Shown: positions 18,637 to 28,501 of the stretch, one piece after another | How positions within the stretch are numbered: position 1 is the stretch's first letter | Layout of the letters: each line of letters starts with the position of its first letter | Source: Lachnospiraceae bacterium | GTDB taxonomy: Bacteria; Bacillota; Clostridia; Lachnospirales; Lachnospiraceae | Assembly: GCA_015058015.1 (NCBI GenBank) | Contig: SVDM01000004.1 | Coordinates: 105,501-169,500, forward strand | DNA: 64,000 bases | Direction of reading: 5' to 3' | Program-made: the position numbers and the translations under genes | Notes under the pieces: model-generated | Told to the model about the DNA's origin: nothing | What the model saw: the letters and a program-made list of their open reading frames with translations, nothing else | The model's database searches: none

Positions 18637-18653
18637 TTATCCCATAGGGATAA
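18637..18653 (+). promoter_or_regulatory. Perfect 17-bp palindrome TTATCCC-ATA-GGGATAA in the fhs upstream region or leader
   Basis: Read directly from the sequence. It lies 24 nt upstream of the fhs ATG. A second GGGATAA half-site is at 18598-18604. A related motif sits in the acs promoter at 38338-38375. Confidence 0.35.
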
Positions 18654-18676
18654 AACAAAAGGAGGAAAGAAGCGGG

Positions 18677-20353
18677 ATGGAATTTAAATCGGATATTGAG
18701 ATTGCTCAGGAAACTAAGATGGAGAACATTAAAACCATAGCTGACAAAATAGGGATTGACGGCAAGTATCTTGAGTATTACGGTTATTATAAGGCAAAGA
18801 TTGATTATAATATTTTAACTGAGAAGAAAGATAAGAAAAACGGCAAGCTGATTCTGGTAACAGCTATTTCACCTACTCCGGCAGGAGAGGGAAAGACCAC
18901 AACCACTATAGGTCTGGGAGATGCTATGCGTAAGATCGGTAAGAATGCTATTCTTGCCATAAGGGAGCCTTCTATGGGACCTGTATTCGGTGTAAAAGGC
19001 GGTGCTGCCGGTGGCGGATATGCCCAGGTGGTGCCTATGGAAGATATCAATCTTCACTTCACCGGAGATATGCATGCCATAAGTGCAGCCCAGAATCTTA
19101 TTGCGGCTATGCTGGATAATCACATCTACCAGGGCAACAAGCTAAGGATTGACCCTGAGAGGATTACCTGGCGCCGATGTGTTGATATGAACGACCGTCA
19201 GCTCCGCTTTGTAAGGGATGGCCTGGGTGGCAAGACCAATGGGGTCCCCAGAGATGACGGATATGATATCACTGTTGCCACTGAGATTATGGCTATTTTG
19301 TGCCTTGCACGAGATATTCCCGATTTGAAGGAACGTCTTGCAAATATCACTCTTGGATATACATATGAGGGAAAACCTGTCTTCGTTCGAGACATAAAGG
19401 GACAGGGTGCGGCAGCGGCCCTCTTAAAAGATGCCCTTAAGCCAAACCTTGTGCAGACTTTAGAGCATACTCCGGCATTTGTCCATGGAGGACCCTTTGC
19501 CAATATCGCCCATGGTTGCAATTCGGTCATGTCCACTAAGATAGCCTTAAAACTTGGGGATTACGTGGTGACAGAAGCGGGATTCGGTGCAGATCTTGGA
19601 GCAGAGAAGTTCCTGGATATTAAGTGTCGTATGGCAGGACTAAAACCCGATGCGGTTGTTATGGTTGCCACGGTTCGAGCCTTAAAACATCACGGCGGTG
19701 TAGCAAAAGAAGACTTGGGCAAGGAGAATCTGGAGGCTCTTGATAAGGGACTACCAAACCTTTTACAGCATGTGGAGAATATAACTAAGGTTTATAAGCT
19801 TCCCTGCGTTGTTGCCATTAACGCATTTCCCACTGATACCAAAGCAGAGCTTGACTTGGTGGAGAAGCGATGCGGAGAGCTTGGAGTAAAGGTTGCCTTA
19901 TCCGAAGTATGGGCAAAAGGCGGCGAAGGCGGCAAGGCTTTGGCAGAAGAAGTTGTAAAACTTTGCGATAATTCAAATGATTTTTCCTATTCTTACTCAG
20001 ATGATGATACAATAGAACAAAAGATTATAAATGTGGCAGGGAAGGTTTACCGGGCTGACGGTGTAGCGTTTGAACCGGAAGCAGCACAGCAGATTAAAGA
20101 ATTAGAGGCAGAAGGGTATGGCAGTCTTCTTGTATGTATTGCCAAGACCCAGTACAGCTTTTCTGATAATCCGGCTCTTCTTGGAGCACCTAAAGGTTTT
20201 GACATTACCGTTCGTAAGGTAAAGGTATCTTCAGGTGCGGGATTTGTAGTAGTATATACAGGGGATATTCTTACAATGCCCGGTCTTCCGCCGATTCCCG
20301 CTGCGGAGAACATTGACGTGGATGAGACGGGTAAGATATCGGGGTTGTTTTAA
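18677..20353 (+). CDS. fhs: Formate--tetrahydrofolate ligase
   Basis: 558 aa with hallmark segments ([42 protein letters not shown]). Confidence 0.97.
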   Translation: MEFKSDIEIAQETKMENIKTIADKIGIDGKYLEYYGYYKAKIDYNILTEKKDKKNGKLILVTAISPTPAGEGKTTTTIGLGDAMRKIGKNAILAIREPSMGPVFGVKGGAAGGGYAQVVPMEDINLHFTGDMHAISAAQNLIAAMLDNHIYQGNKLRIDPERITWRRCVDMNDRQLRFVRDGLGGKTNGVPRDDGYDITVATEIMAILCLARDIPDLKERLANITLGYTYEGKPVFVRDIKGQGAAAALLKDALKPNLVQTLEHTPAFVHGGPFANIAHGCNSVMSTKIALKLGDYVVTEAGFGADLGAEKFLDIKCRMAGLKPDAVVMVATVRALKHHGGVAKEDLGKENLEALDKGLPNLLQHVENITKVYKLPCVVAINAFPTDTKAELDLVEKRCGELGVKVALSEVWAKGGEGGKALAEEVVKLCDNSNDFSYSYSDDDTIEQKIINVAGKVYRADGVAFEPEAAQQIKELEAEGYGSLLVCIAKTQYSFSDNPALLGAPKGFDITVRKVKVSSGAGFVVVYTGDILTMPGLPPIPAAENIDVDETGKISGLF

Positions 20354-20396
20354 ATACCCCGGCTTAGAACAAAATTAAATAAGGGGGAGCAGTTTT

Positions 20397-21026
20397 ATGG
20401 GAATGTATCAAATGTCATGTACCGATTTTGCCAGTGCTCTTGCATCTGAGGAAGCGGTTCCAGGTGGGGGTGGTGCAGCAGCAATGGCCGGAGCTTTCGG
20501 AGTGGCCCTTGGAAGTATGGTAGCTAATCTCACCATAGGCAAGGAGAAGTATGCCGATATTCAAGACGACATAATAAGAATTAAGGGTAAGGCAGAGGAT
20601 ATCTTAGCGTCATTCCTGCTTCTTGTGCAGGAGGATGCGGAAAACTGCGAGCCGTTAGCCCTTGCATACAGACTTGAAGCGGACACGGACGAAGAGAAGT
20701 TCCAGAAGATAATGATGATGGAGGAGGCTTTGAAGAAAGCCAGCGAGACTCCGCTTGATATTATGAAAATGTGCGGTGAAGCAATAGCTCTTCATGAAGA
20801 GTTAGCCAAGAAAGGTTCGGCCCTGGCCAAATGCGATGTAGGCGTGGGCGTGGAGCTTTGTCTTGCAGCTCTTAGAGGGGCTGCCTTCAACGTATTCATT
20901 AATACAAAAATGATGAGAGAAAGAGACTATGCCGAAGATCTTAATGCCCAGGCCGAAGAGATGCTTGCGGAATACGGCAAGAAGGCAGAAGAAGTATCAA
21001 GGATGGTCAGAGAATCTCTCAAATAA
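20397..21026 (+). CDS. fchA: Cyclodeaminase/cyclohydrolase family protein (putative methenyl-THF cyclohydrolase FchA)
   Basis: 209 aa. The FTCD C-terminal-domain-like N-terminus is FASALASEEAVPGGGGAAAMAGAFGVALGSMVANLT. Immediately downstream of fhs. Confidence 0.8.
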   Translation: MGMYQMSCTDFASALASEEAVPGGGGAAAMAGAFGVALGSMVANLTIGKEKYADIQDDIIRIKGKAEDILASFLLLVQEDAENCEPLALAYRLEADTDEEKFQKIMMMEEALKKASETPLDIMKMCGEAIALHEELAKKGSALAKCDVGVGVELCLAALRGAAFNVFINTKMMRERDYAEDLNAQAEEMLAEYGKKAEEVSRMVRESLK

Positions 21027-21051
21027 GCAAAATTAAAGAGGAGGAGAGAAT

Positions 21052-21420
21052 ATGGAGTACCCTGCAAGTTTGAGGTATAGCGAAAGTCATGTGTGGGCGA
21101 AGAAAGAGGGAGATACCGTTAAACTCGGTGTAACGGATTATGCCCAGGATCAGTTGGGAGATGTATTGTTTGTAGATCTTCCGGAAGTGGGGGCAGAATT
21201 CAGCGTAGGAGATGCATTCACTGAGATCGAATCTTCCAAGACAGCCACAGAGGTTGAGATTCCTGTATCAGGAGAGGTTGTTGCGGTGAATAACGACCTG
21301 GATGATTCACCGGAGCTTATTAATGAATCACCCTATGACGCGTGGATTATTGAGATTAACACCGACGATGATGTAGATGCCTTAATGACCGCCGCCGAGT
21401 ATAAAGACCATCTTGACTAG
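21052..21420 (+). CDS. gcvH: Glycine cleavage system H protein (lipoyl carrier)
   Basis: 122 aa. SHVWAKKEGDTVKLGVTDYAQDQLGDVLFVDLPEVG. The lipoyl-lysine context is EIESSKTATEVEIPVSGEV. Confidence 0.9.
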   Translation: MEYPASLRYSESHVWAKKEGDTVKLGVTDYAQDQLGDVLFVDLPEVGAEFSVGDAFTEIESSKTATEVEIPVSGEVVAVNNDLDDSPELINESPYDAWIIEINTDDDVDALMTAAEYKDHLD

Positions 21421-21453
21421 TCAAGACTATACGCATTGTAAATAAAATGCTTA

Positions 21454-21492
21454 GAAAAATAACGCACCTGTTGTAATAACAGGTGCATTTAT
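21454..21492. terminator. Bidirectional terminator between gcvH and the convergent lipoprotein gene
   Basis: gcacctgtt-gtaat-aacaggtgc hairpin flanked by an A-run on the left and T-rich sequence on the right. Confidence 0.7.
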
Positions 21493-22722
21493 TTACTCTT
21501 TAAATAATACTTTCAAGACTTGGGAGGGTTTCATGGACCGCATTCCATCCGGGTCTGTCAGACCCGCAGAGGAGATATGCCAGGAAAACAATCCTGCAGT
21601 GGTATTGTCCGTATCAAAGAATAATACCGGATTGTTAAGATATACATTATATCTGGCATACCAGTCCGGATAATACCTGGCCATGTATTTTTTGGCCAGA
21701 GTGTATGCTTCGCAATTTCTTGAACTTCCTATGGCGGCTATCTGAACTCCTGCCCCGGGTTTGGAATTTCTGCTGGAGGTAAAATCGGAATTCACCATAA
21801 GGGTACTGCCGTCAGAGCAGGTGCCAAGGGATATCCAGACATGTTCGGTGGTGCTTATTATATCGCCGGGATAGGTAATTTTATTACCGTTTTTGTCCGT
21901 GGCAATGGTCTTGGAATAAGTGCCAAGGCCCTTATCCGCCAAGGATTTGGCCATGGTGGTAGCCTTTGTCACATAGGATTCTTTCATATCCTCTTTTTCC
22001 AAGGTGTTATATAATACCCAGCCCACGAAGCCTGAGCAATCAAGGCCTGCGTAATGGTACTGATTGAAACCGCCGTAAGGATAGTAGCTGTCGTAAGGCC
22101 TGCTATCGTCCTTAAAGGTGTAATCCTCGTTATGTTCTTTAAAGAAGCGAACCCAGTCAGTAGAAAACCCAATGGTTCTTGAACTGTAGGAACCGGAATC
22201 GTCCTGCCAGTTCCAACCTCCGCCGTATACATAGAGGGCGGTGCCCACCGGCATCATGGCGGTCTTTAGGAAGTTGGTTATGGTTCGAACTCCCGCCTCA
22301 CCGGATACCACCGGTTTTGCATCTGTATATTCCTTACTGTCAATAACTTCCGCCTTGGTAACGGCCCCGTCTTTAACCACAATATTATATTGGTAGCCTA
22401 CTTTTAGGGTGTTTTGAATAGAATAATCAGGCTCCGTACTTATTGTATAGGTCTTCTCGGCATCGCCTACCTTAAACCGATACTTGAAAGATGCCGCATT
22501 GGATTTAACAATTCCCGGATTCCCGTATCCGTAGACCCCAAGGAAGGTGGCCTTTACCGTTTGCTTTGCTTCCTCCGAGGAAGCTGCCGGCGGCACCGGA
22601 TCCGGCACTGAATCTGCGGCGCTTGTTAAAAAATCGCCGCCGGTCTCAGACTTCTGACAGCCTCCCGAGACTACGCATAATGCTATTGTCAAAACTATCG
22701 CTATGGCTCGTTTTAATTTCAT
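21493..22722 (-). CDS. Lipoprotein with a C-terminal NlpC/P60 (C40)-like cysteine peptidase domain
   Basis: 409 aa. Signal peptide with lipobox VVSGGC. Catalytic-type motifs GLDCSGFVGWVLYN and GDIISTTEHVWISLG. Confidence 0.7.
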   Translation of the reverse strand: MKLKRAIAIVLTIALCVVSGGCQKSETGGDFLTSAADSVPDPVPPAASSEEAKQTVKATFLGVYGYGNPGIVKSNAASFKYRFKVGDAEKTYTISTEPDYSIQNTLKVGYQYNIVVKDGAVTKAEVIDSKEYTDAKPVVSGEAGVRTITNFLKTAMMPVGTALYVYGGGWNWQDDSGSYSSRTIGFSTDWVRFFKEHNEDYTFKDDSRPYDSYYPYGGFNQYHYAGLDCSGFVGWVLYNTLEKEDMKESYVTKATTMAKSLADKGLGTYSKTIATDKNGNKITYPGDIISTTEHVWISLGTCSDGSTLMVNSDFTSSRNSKPGAGVQIAAIGSSRNCEAYTLAKKYMARYYPDWYARYNVYLNNPVLFFDTDNTTAGLFSWHISSAGLTDPDGMRSMKPSQVLKVLFKE

Positions 22723-22725
22723 ATT

Positions 22726-23304
22726 CTACTTGGGCAGTAAAGTCTTGGTAGGCGTTACCACCATATCAACTTTATAGTCGTGGGGCTCTGTCGGCAGAGA
22801 GTCCACAATCTGAAAATCATAGGTAATAGCCACTTTGGTAAAGAGCACATCCGGGTGATTGGACAGATACTTATCATAATATCCTCCACCGTAACCGATG
22901 CGGTTAAGGTCAGGGTCAAAAGCCACACCCGGCATAATAATTAAGACTCTCGGGTCCTTGGCAACCTCGTTGGAAGCGGGAGGCTCCGGAATATTAAAGC
23001 CGCTAAGCTCAAAATGGTCTAAATCCTTGATATATAAGAATTCCATGTAATCATCAAAGACTCTGGGAGCGGCAACCTTCTTGCCCTGCTTGAAAGCGTC
23101 TTCGATAATCTCTGTAGTTATAACTTCCTGGTTATAAGCAATGTAAGGATAGATAACATCCGCAGACTTGTAGTAATCGCTTTCTATAATACGCTTGGCG
23201 ATCTCGTGACTGAGCTCTTCAACCTGTTTAGGAGAGAGCTCCTCCTTAAGCGCTTTGATTCTGCGACGAATCTCTTTCTTTTTTTGCATCATTTCTTTAT
23301 CCAT
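22726..23304 (-). CDS. 5-formyltetrahydrofolate cyclo-ligase
   Basis: 192 aa. The C-terminal motif PGVAFDPDLNRIGYGGGYYDKYL is typical of the MTHFS family. Confidence 0.85.
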   Translation of the reverse strand: MDKEMMQKKKEIRRRIKALKEELSPKQVEELSHEIAKRIIESDYYKSADVIYPYIAYNQEVITTEIIEDAFKQGKKVAAPRVFDDYMEFLYIKDLDHFELSGFNIPEPPASNEVAKDPRVLIIMPGVAFDPDLNRIGYGGGYYDKYLSNHPDVLFTKVAITYDFQIVDSLPTEPHDYKVDMVVTPTKTLLPK

Positions 23305-23481
23305 AGATAATACCCCCTGTCATTATTGAGAGCCACGACAACCTGAATCTGCCAAGCAGATGTCGTGGCCTACGTAGTATAAAGTTTTCATAGAAAACTT
23401 TACACTACCTTGTATAATGTTGTTTAAAAATCTTCTCACAGACAAAATTATAACATATATATACGTTGGTAAACCAAAATA

Positions 23482-24447
23482 TTAATTAAAGTCCAAAGTA
23501 GTTACAAAATCAGCCACATCCCCGGCCTGTAATTTCGATACTATGGAATCTTTTGTGGCTTCGCAGCCTTCAAAGCATTTTTCCAAAGCGTCAATGTAAT
23601 CCGGGTCCAGGGAATCCGAGTAGATGCGGCAAACGGAGATAACTCCATTGTCCACCGCCAGGTTTAAGTCAAAATCTCCCCAGGAAAATCTGGTTTTAAA
23701 CCTGTGGGTAAATGCCGTCGCCCGTCCCATCAACCATTCCTTGGAACTGAGATGTCTATAGATTTCCTGTACTCCTGCTGTCTTGGAAAGCTGATTTAGG
23801 TCTATAATCGTACAGTCTTTGCCGGAGCATCTTTCCTTCCATGCATCAGACAAAGCCTTTGCCATGGAATCCGCGGTAATAGCGGGATTGAGAGATGAAA
23901 GATTAACGGTCCTTGATTTTACGGAAGCGACCCCTTTTGATTGAAGCTTCTCCTTAGATGGCGTCAGATACTTGCCAAGGGCCGCGGAATCCACATTAAT
24001 CATAATGGTGCCATGATGAAGAAAGCCGGTTTTTGTGCGTAAAAAAGCATTGCCGGAGATCTTCCTGCCATCCACGGTGATGTCGTTACGTCCCGTGGCT
24101 TTTGCCTCAATGCCAAATTGTTTGCAGGCATCGATAATAAAGTCTAAGTTGCCTCTGATATTTTCATCATCCTTGTGGCAGATAAATGAAAAATTTAAGT
24201 TTCCACGATCGTGAAACACGGCTCCTCCGCCGGTGTAGCGCCTTGCAAGAAAGACACCGTCACTTTCCATGGCAGCCAGGTTGCATTCTCCCTCTGCGTT
24301 TTGGTTACGGCCGATAACCACCGTGGGGTCATTCTGCCATACAAAAAAAATATGCTCGTTCTTATTGACGTTATCAAGCATATATTTTTCCAGGCTTAAG
24401 TTGAGATGGGGATTATAGAATACCCCCGTTGCAAAATTAAATTTCAT
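23482..24447 (-). CDS. lplA: Lipoate--protein ligase A
   Basis: 321 aa. VVIGRNQN, RRYTGGGAVFHDRGNLNFSF and KISGNAF are typical of LplA. Confidence 0.9.
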   Translation of the reverse strand: MKFNFATGVFYNPHLNLSLEKYMLDNVNKNEHIFFVWQNDPTVVIGRNQNAEGECNLAAMESDGVFLARRYTGGGAVFHDRGNLNFSFICHKDDENIRGNLDFIIDACKQFGIEAKATGRNDITVDGRKISGNAFLRTKTGFLHHGTIMINVDSAALGKYLTPSKEKLQSKGVASVKSRTVNLSSLNPAITADSMAKALSDAWKERCSGKDCTIIDLNQLSKTAGVQEIYRHLSSKEWLMGRATAFTHRFKTRFSWGDFDLNLAVDNGVISVCRIYSDSLDPDYIDALEKCFEGCEATKDSIVSKLQAGDVADFVTTLDFN

Positions 24448-24609
24448 ACCTTAGTTCTCCTTTTTCTCCTAAATTTTACCTGTTTATCATTCTACCACAG
24501 AAAAATTAAACCGAATATAAATTATTGAGAAAATAAGAATTTTTTAATGCATTTTGTTCTAAATATGGTAAACTAATTACGAGATTGATTTAGATATTGG
24601 GGGAGACTA

Positions 24610-25575
24610 ATGGATACTAGCAGTAATTCAGAGAAAGAGTATCGCCAGCAGCGTAAGGCGAGAGTTCAGAGGATGAAGAGGACTCTTATTATTGTTTGCG
24701 CGATTTTACTTATAGTGCCCACTGTGGCATGTATTTTTTTGGCCGTAAAAGTGGGATCTTTACAGAAACAGATTGATTACTTATACGAGGCGAAGTTCGG
24801 CAATGGCAGTATAGAAGCCGGGGGAGAAGTGGTCAGGATGGCAGATTCCAAATCGGATTATGCCATTGTTGAAGAAGGCACCAAGCTCCTTGAAGGCAAG
24901 ATCTCGGGAGAGAACAACACCAAGCCGGAGAATACGGGACGCAGAAAGGTCTACCTCACCTTTGATGACGGCCCCAGCAAATATACAGAGGATATTTTAA
25001 AGATTCTTAAGGATAATAATGTTAAGGCCACCTTCTTTGTGGTTGGCAAGACCGACGATTCCCTTGTTCCTCTTTACAAGAAGATAGTGGATTCGGGCAA
25101 TACATTGGGACTTCATTCATACAGTCACCAATACAGCGTGATTTATAATTCTTTGGATGCTTTTAAAGAAGACTTCTATAAGATTCAGAATTACGTAAAG
25201 GATTTGACAGGATATAAGTCTACATTATATCGTTTCCCGGGAGGCAGCAGCAATCAGGTAAGCAACACAGATATGGCGGAGTTTATCAGGTTCCTGAATT
25301 CCGAGAAGGTCACCTACTTTGACTGGAACGCAGCCAACGGAGATGCCACCACCAAGCAGTATACAGTCAGCGAACTGGTAAGCAATGTTATTAACGGCTT
25401 GGAGAAGGAAGGCGACACAGTTGTGCTTATGCATGACACCAACACTAAGGGAACAACAGTAGAAGCATTACCCATTCTTATTAAGAAACTAAAAGCAATG
25501 GATGTAGATATTGTTCCGATAGATTCGAACACTGAACCTGTTCAGCATATTAAGGCTGAGACGGTTACGAACTAA
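24610..25575 (+). CDS. Membrane-anchored polysaccharide deacetylase (NodB family)
   Basis: 321 aa with an N-terminal TM helix. NodB motifs are KVYLTFDDGPS, LGLHSYSH and YRFPGGS. Confidence 0.85.
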   Translation: MDTSSNSEKEYRQQRKARVQRMKRTLIIVCAILLIVPTVACIFLAVKVGSLQKQIDYLYEAKFGNGSIEAGGEVVRMADSKSDYAIVEEGTKLLEGKISGENNTKPENTGRRKVYLTFDDGPSKYTEDILKILKDNNVKATFFVVGKTDDSLVPLYKKIVDSGNTLGLHSYSHQYSVIYNSLDAFKEDFYKIQNYVKDLTGYKSTLYRFPGGSSNQVSNTDMAEFIRFLNSEKVTYFDWNAANGDATTKQYTVSELVSNVINGLEKEGDTVVLMHDTNTKGTTVEALPILIKKLKAMDVDIVPIDSNTEPVQHIKAETVTN

Positions 25576-25594
25576 TAATTGGAGGAAAGAGTTT

Positions 25595-26419
25595 ATGAGT
25601 TTTTTCAAGGATTTCAAAGAGGATTTATCCCAGGCAGTTAACGAACTTATGCCGGAAGAGGAATTCGATTCTGATTTCGAAGAAGAAGAGATGGTTAACA
25701 CCTTAGAGGAAGAAGACGGGGAAGTAAGCGATGAGTTAGATCAGCTTAACGGTTTCCTTGACAATATGGAGGCTAAAGAAGAAGCCCCCGAATTTGAGGA
25801 GATTACCATGGAGGAGCCCCAGGCTCCCGCAGAGCCCGAGTTCGAGACAATTAAGGTAGAAGAGCCAGAACCGGCACCGGCTGCACCTGTTGCAGAACCC
25901 GCATACACAGAGACTATTGCAAAAGAGGAGAAGACAGTGGACACAACTAACAGTATGGGACTTGGTGTGGCTTCAGATACCATCACCACAATCACAAAAG
26001 GAACAAGAATTATCGGAAGCATTGAGTCAGAAGGCTCAGTTGAAATAGCAGGTATTGTAGAAGGCAATGTATTATGTAACGGCAAGATTACCATTACAGG
26101 AGCAGTTAAGGGTGATACAACATCTTCTGAGTTCTTTGCTGATTCAGCAAGACTTGAGGGAGAGGTTAGAAGCTCAGGAACAGTTAAGGTTGGACTGGGC
26201 TCTGTTATCGTAGGTAATGTGGAAGCTACATCTGCTGTTATTGCAGGAGCCGTTAAGGGTGATATTGATGTTCAGGGACCTGTAGTTGTTGATACTTCAG
26301 CAGTAGTTATGGGTAATATCAAGTCACGTTCCGTACAGATTAACAACGGTGCGGTTATCGAAGGTTTCTGTTCACAGTGCTACGCAGATATCGATGTTAA
26401 GGGAATTTTCGGAGAATAA
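25595..26419 (+). CDS. Bactofilin-family cytoskeletal protein with an acidic N-terminal extension
   Basis: 274 aa. E/P-rich N-terminal half, then repetitive beta-helix segments (IIGSIESEGSVEIAGIVEGNVLCNGKITITGAVKGD...). Confidence 0.75.
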   Translation: MSFFKDFKEDLSQAVNELMPEEEFDSDFEEEEMVNTLEEEDGEVSDELDQLNGFLDNMEAKEEAPEFEEITMEEPQAPAEPEFETIKVEEPEPAPAAPVAEPAYTETIAKEEKTVDTTNSMGLGVASDTITTITKGTRIIGSIESEGSVEIAGIVEGNVLCNGKITITGAVKGDTTSSEFFADSARLEGEVRSSGTVKVGLGSVIVGNVEATSAVIAGAVKGDIDVQGPVVVDTSAVVMGNIKSRSVQINNGAVIEGFCSQCYADIDVKGIFGE

Positions 26420-26422
26420 TTC

Positions 26423-27118
26423 ATGAGCAGATATTTACTTAAATTAAGCGGAGAGGCTCTTGCCGGAGATAATAAGACAGGACTTGATGAGGCAACGGCA
26501 CTTATGGTTGCCAAGCAGGTTAAGCAGCTTATTGATAAAGGAGAGCAGGTGGCTGTTGTAATAGGCGGCGGTAACTTCTGGAGAGGAAGAACCAGCAAGA
26601 ATATTGACAGAACCAAGGCAGACCAGATAGGAATGCTTGCCACCGTTATGAACTGCATATATGTATCGGAGATATTCCGCTCCGTGGGTATGAAGACTCA
26701 GATACTTACCCCCTTTGAAGTAGGAACATTCACCAAGCCCTTTTCCAAGGATAGGGCAATGAAGTACTTCCAGAAGGGAATGGTAGTATTCTTTGCAGGT
26801 GGAACGGGTCATCCTTATTTTTCCACCGACACCACCACGGTGCTTAGAGCCATTGAGATAGAGGCTGATGAGATACTCCTTGCCAAGAATATTGACGGTG
26901 TATATGATTCAGACCCGGCGGTTAATCCTAAGGCTGTGAAGTATGATACATTATCTATTCAGGAAGTTGTAGACAAACAGCTTGGTGTTATTGACCTTAC
27001 TGCCTCCATTATGTGTATGGTGAATAAAGTCCCCATGAGGGTATTCGGACTTAAAGGTGAGGATTCTATAGTTAATGCCCTGTACGGTAAGTTTACAGGA
27101 ACAATGATTACTGTGTAA
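26423..27118 (+). CDS. pyrH: UMP kinase
   Basis: 231 aa. LLKLSGEAL, VVIGGGNFWRG and FFAGGTGHPYFSTDT are present. Conserved pyrH-frr context. Confidence 0.95.
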   Translation: MSRYLLKLSGEALAGDNKTGLDEATALMVAKQVKQLIDKGEQVAVVIGGGNFWRGRTSKNIDRTKADQIGMLATVMNCIYVSEIFRSVGMKTQILTPFEVGTFTKPFSKDRAMKYFQKGMVVFFAGGTGHPYFSTDTTTVLRAIEIEADEILLAKNIDGVYDSDPAVNPKAVKYDTLSIQEVVDKQLGVIDLTASIMCMVNKVPMRVFGLKGEDSIVNALYGKFTGTMITV

Positions 27119-27137
27119 TTACGGAGAGGATAAGAAC

Positions 27138-27692
27138 ATGAATGAGAAATTAGCTGTATATGAAGACAAGATGCAGAAATCACTTAACAATCTTTTGGAC
27201 GAATATGCAACAATAAGAGCAGGTCGTGCCAATCCTCATATATTAGACAAGCTTCGCGTAGATTATTACGGAACACCTACACCTATCCAGCAGGTTGCCA
27301 ATGTTAGCATCCCCGAGGCAAGAATGATTCAGATTCAGCCCTGGGAGCCTGCCATGGTTAAGGAGATTGAAAAAGCTATCATGACATCTGAAATCGGTAT
27401 TAATCCGGTTAACGACGGCAAGATGATTCGTCTTGTATTCCCGGAACTTACAGAGGACCGTCGTAAGGAACTGGTTAAAGATGTTAAGAAAAAAGGTGAG
27501 CAGTGCAAGGTTGCTATCCGTAACATCAGAAGAGATGCCAACGATGCGTTTAAGAAGCAGATTAAGGCAAACGAGATTTCTGAGGACGAAGAGAAGCAGC
27601 TTCTTGATGAAGCACAGAAGCTTACTGACAAATTTGTTGCTGAGGTAGATAAGACTATTGACGATAAGTCTAAAGAAATCCTTACTGTATAG
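27138..27692 (+). CDS. frr: Ribosome recycling factor
   Basis: 184 aa. IRAGRANPHILD, LTEDRRKELVK and IRNIRRDAND are present. Confidence 0.95.
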   Translation: MNEKLAVYEDKMQKSLNNLLDEYATIRAGRANPHILDKLRVDYYGTPTPIQQVANVSIPEARMIQIQPWEPAMVKEIEKAIMTSEIGINPVNDGKMIRLVFPELTEDRRKELVKDVKKKGEQCKVAIRNIRRDANDAFKKQIKANEISEDEEKQLLDEAQKLTDKFVAEVDKTIDDKSKEILTV

Positions 27693-27726
27693 GATTGATA
27701 CATCGGCATAAAACAACGTACAGTAT

Positions 27727-27763
27727 ATGGGAGCATGGCCGAGTGTGCTGTGCTCCCATTTTA
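27727..27763 (+). terminator. Hairpin with a short T-run after frr (weak terminator or attenuator)
   Basis: atgggagca ... tgctcccat stem followed by TTTTA. Confidence 0.45.
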
Positions 27764-27793
27764 GTTTAAGTCGGAAGGTCAGGAGAATACATT

Positions 27794-28501
27794 ATGAAGG
27801 TTCCCAATCATATAGCAATTATCTTAGACGGTAACGGAAGATGGGCCAAGGCTAAGGGCATGCCAAGAGCCTTAGGTCACAAGCAGGGAAGCAAGAATGT
27901 GGAAGATATGTGCGAGATTATGGATGATATCGGAGTTAAGTATTTCACCGTCTACGCATTCTCTACTGAGAACTGGAACAGGCCGGACAAGGAAGTTACA
28001 GGCATAATGTCCCTCCTTCGCAACTACCTTAAAACAGGTATAAAGCGTGCCAATAAGAACAATATGAGAATACGAATTCTCGGAGACATCTCAAGACTTG
28101 ACGAAGACTTACAAGAGAGTATAGTAGAAACCGAGAAGGCGACTGCAGCCAATACGGGTCTGCAGTTTCAGATGGCCCTAAACTACGGTTCGAGAGATGA
28201 AATAAGAAGGGCCGTTACCAAGATTGCCGAGAAGGTGGAAGCAGGAGACCTTAAGGCGACAGATATCACAGAAGATACTATAAGCGCCTCCCTTGATACT
28301 GCAGGGATTCCCGACCCGGATTTGCTTATTCGTACCAGCGGTGAGCAACGATTGTCCAACTACCTGTTATGGCAGTGCGCTTATACGGAGTTTTATTTTA
28401 CGGACAAGCATTGGCCTGATTTCAATAAAGAGGAATTACTTAAGGCAATTGATAGTTATAATAACAGAGACAGAAGATACGGAAAGGTTACGGAAGAGTA
28501 A
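27794..28501 (+). CDS. uppS: Isoprenyl transferase (undecaprenyl diphosphate synthase)
   Basis: 235 aa. HIAIILDGNGRWA, FSTENWNRP and IRTSGEQRLSNYLLWQ are present. Confidence 0.95.
   Translation: MKVPNHIAIILDGNGRWAKAKGMPRALGHKQGSKNVEDMCEIMDDIGVKYFTVYAFSTENWNRPDKEVTGIMSLLRNYLKTGIKRANKNNMRIRILGDISRLDEDLQESIVETEKATAANTGLQFQMALNYGSRDEIRRAVTKIAEKVEAGDLKATDITEDTISASLDTAGIPDPDLLIRTSGEQRLSNYLLWQCAYTEFYFTDKHWPDFNKEELLKAIDSYNNRDRRYGKVTEE

Noticed and set aside
18513-18676. Possible THF or ZTP riboswitch upstream of fhs, and possible cobalamin riboswitches upstream of the corrinoid genes at 46993-47122 and 52949-53054.
   Set aside because: I could not find the conserved cores I remember (CCGCCUGGGC for ZTP, or the B12 box GCCACUG). 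Only simple hairpins or palindromes are present. A covariance-model scan is needed for a definitive answer.
20545-20560. GCCGATAT, which resembles a sigma-28 -10 element.
   Set aside because: It lies inside the fchA coding sequence, has no TAAA -35 at the right distance and has no downstream flagellar gene.
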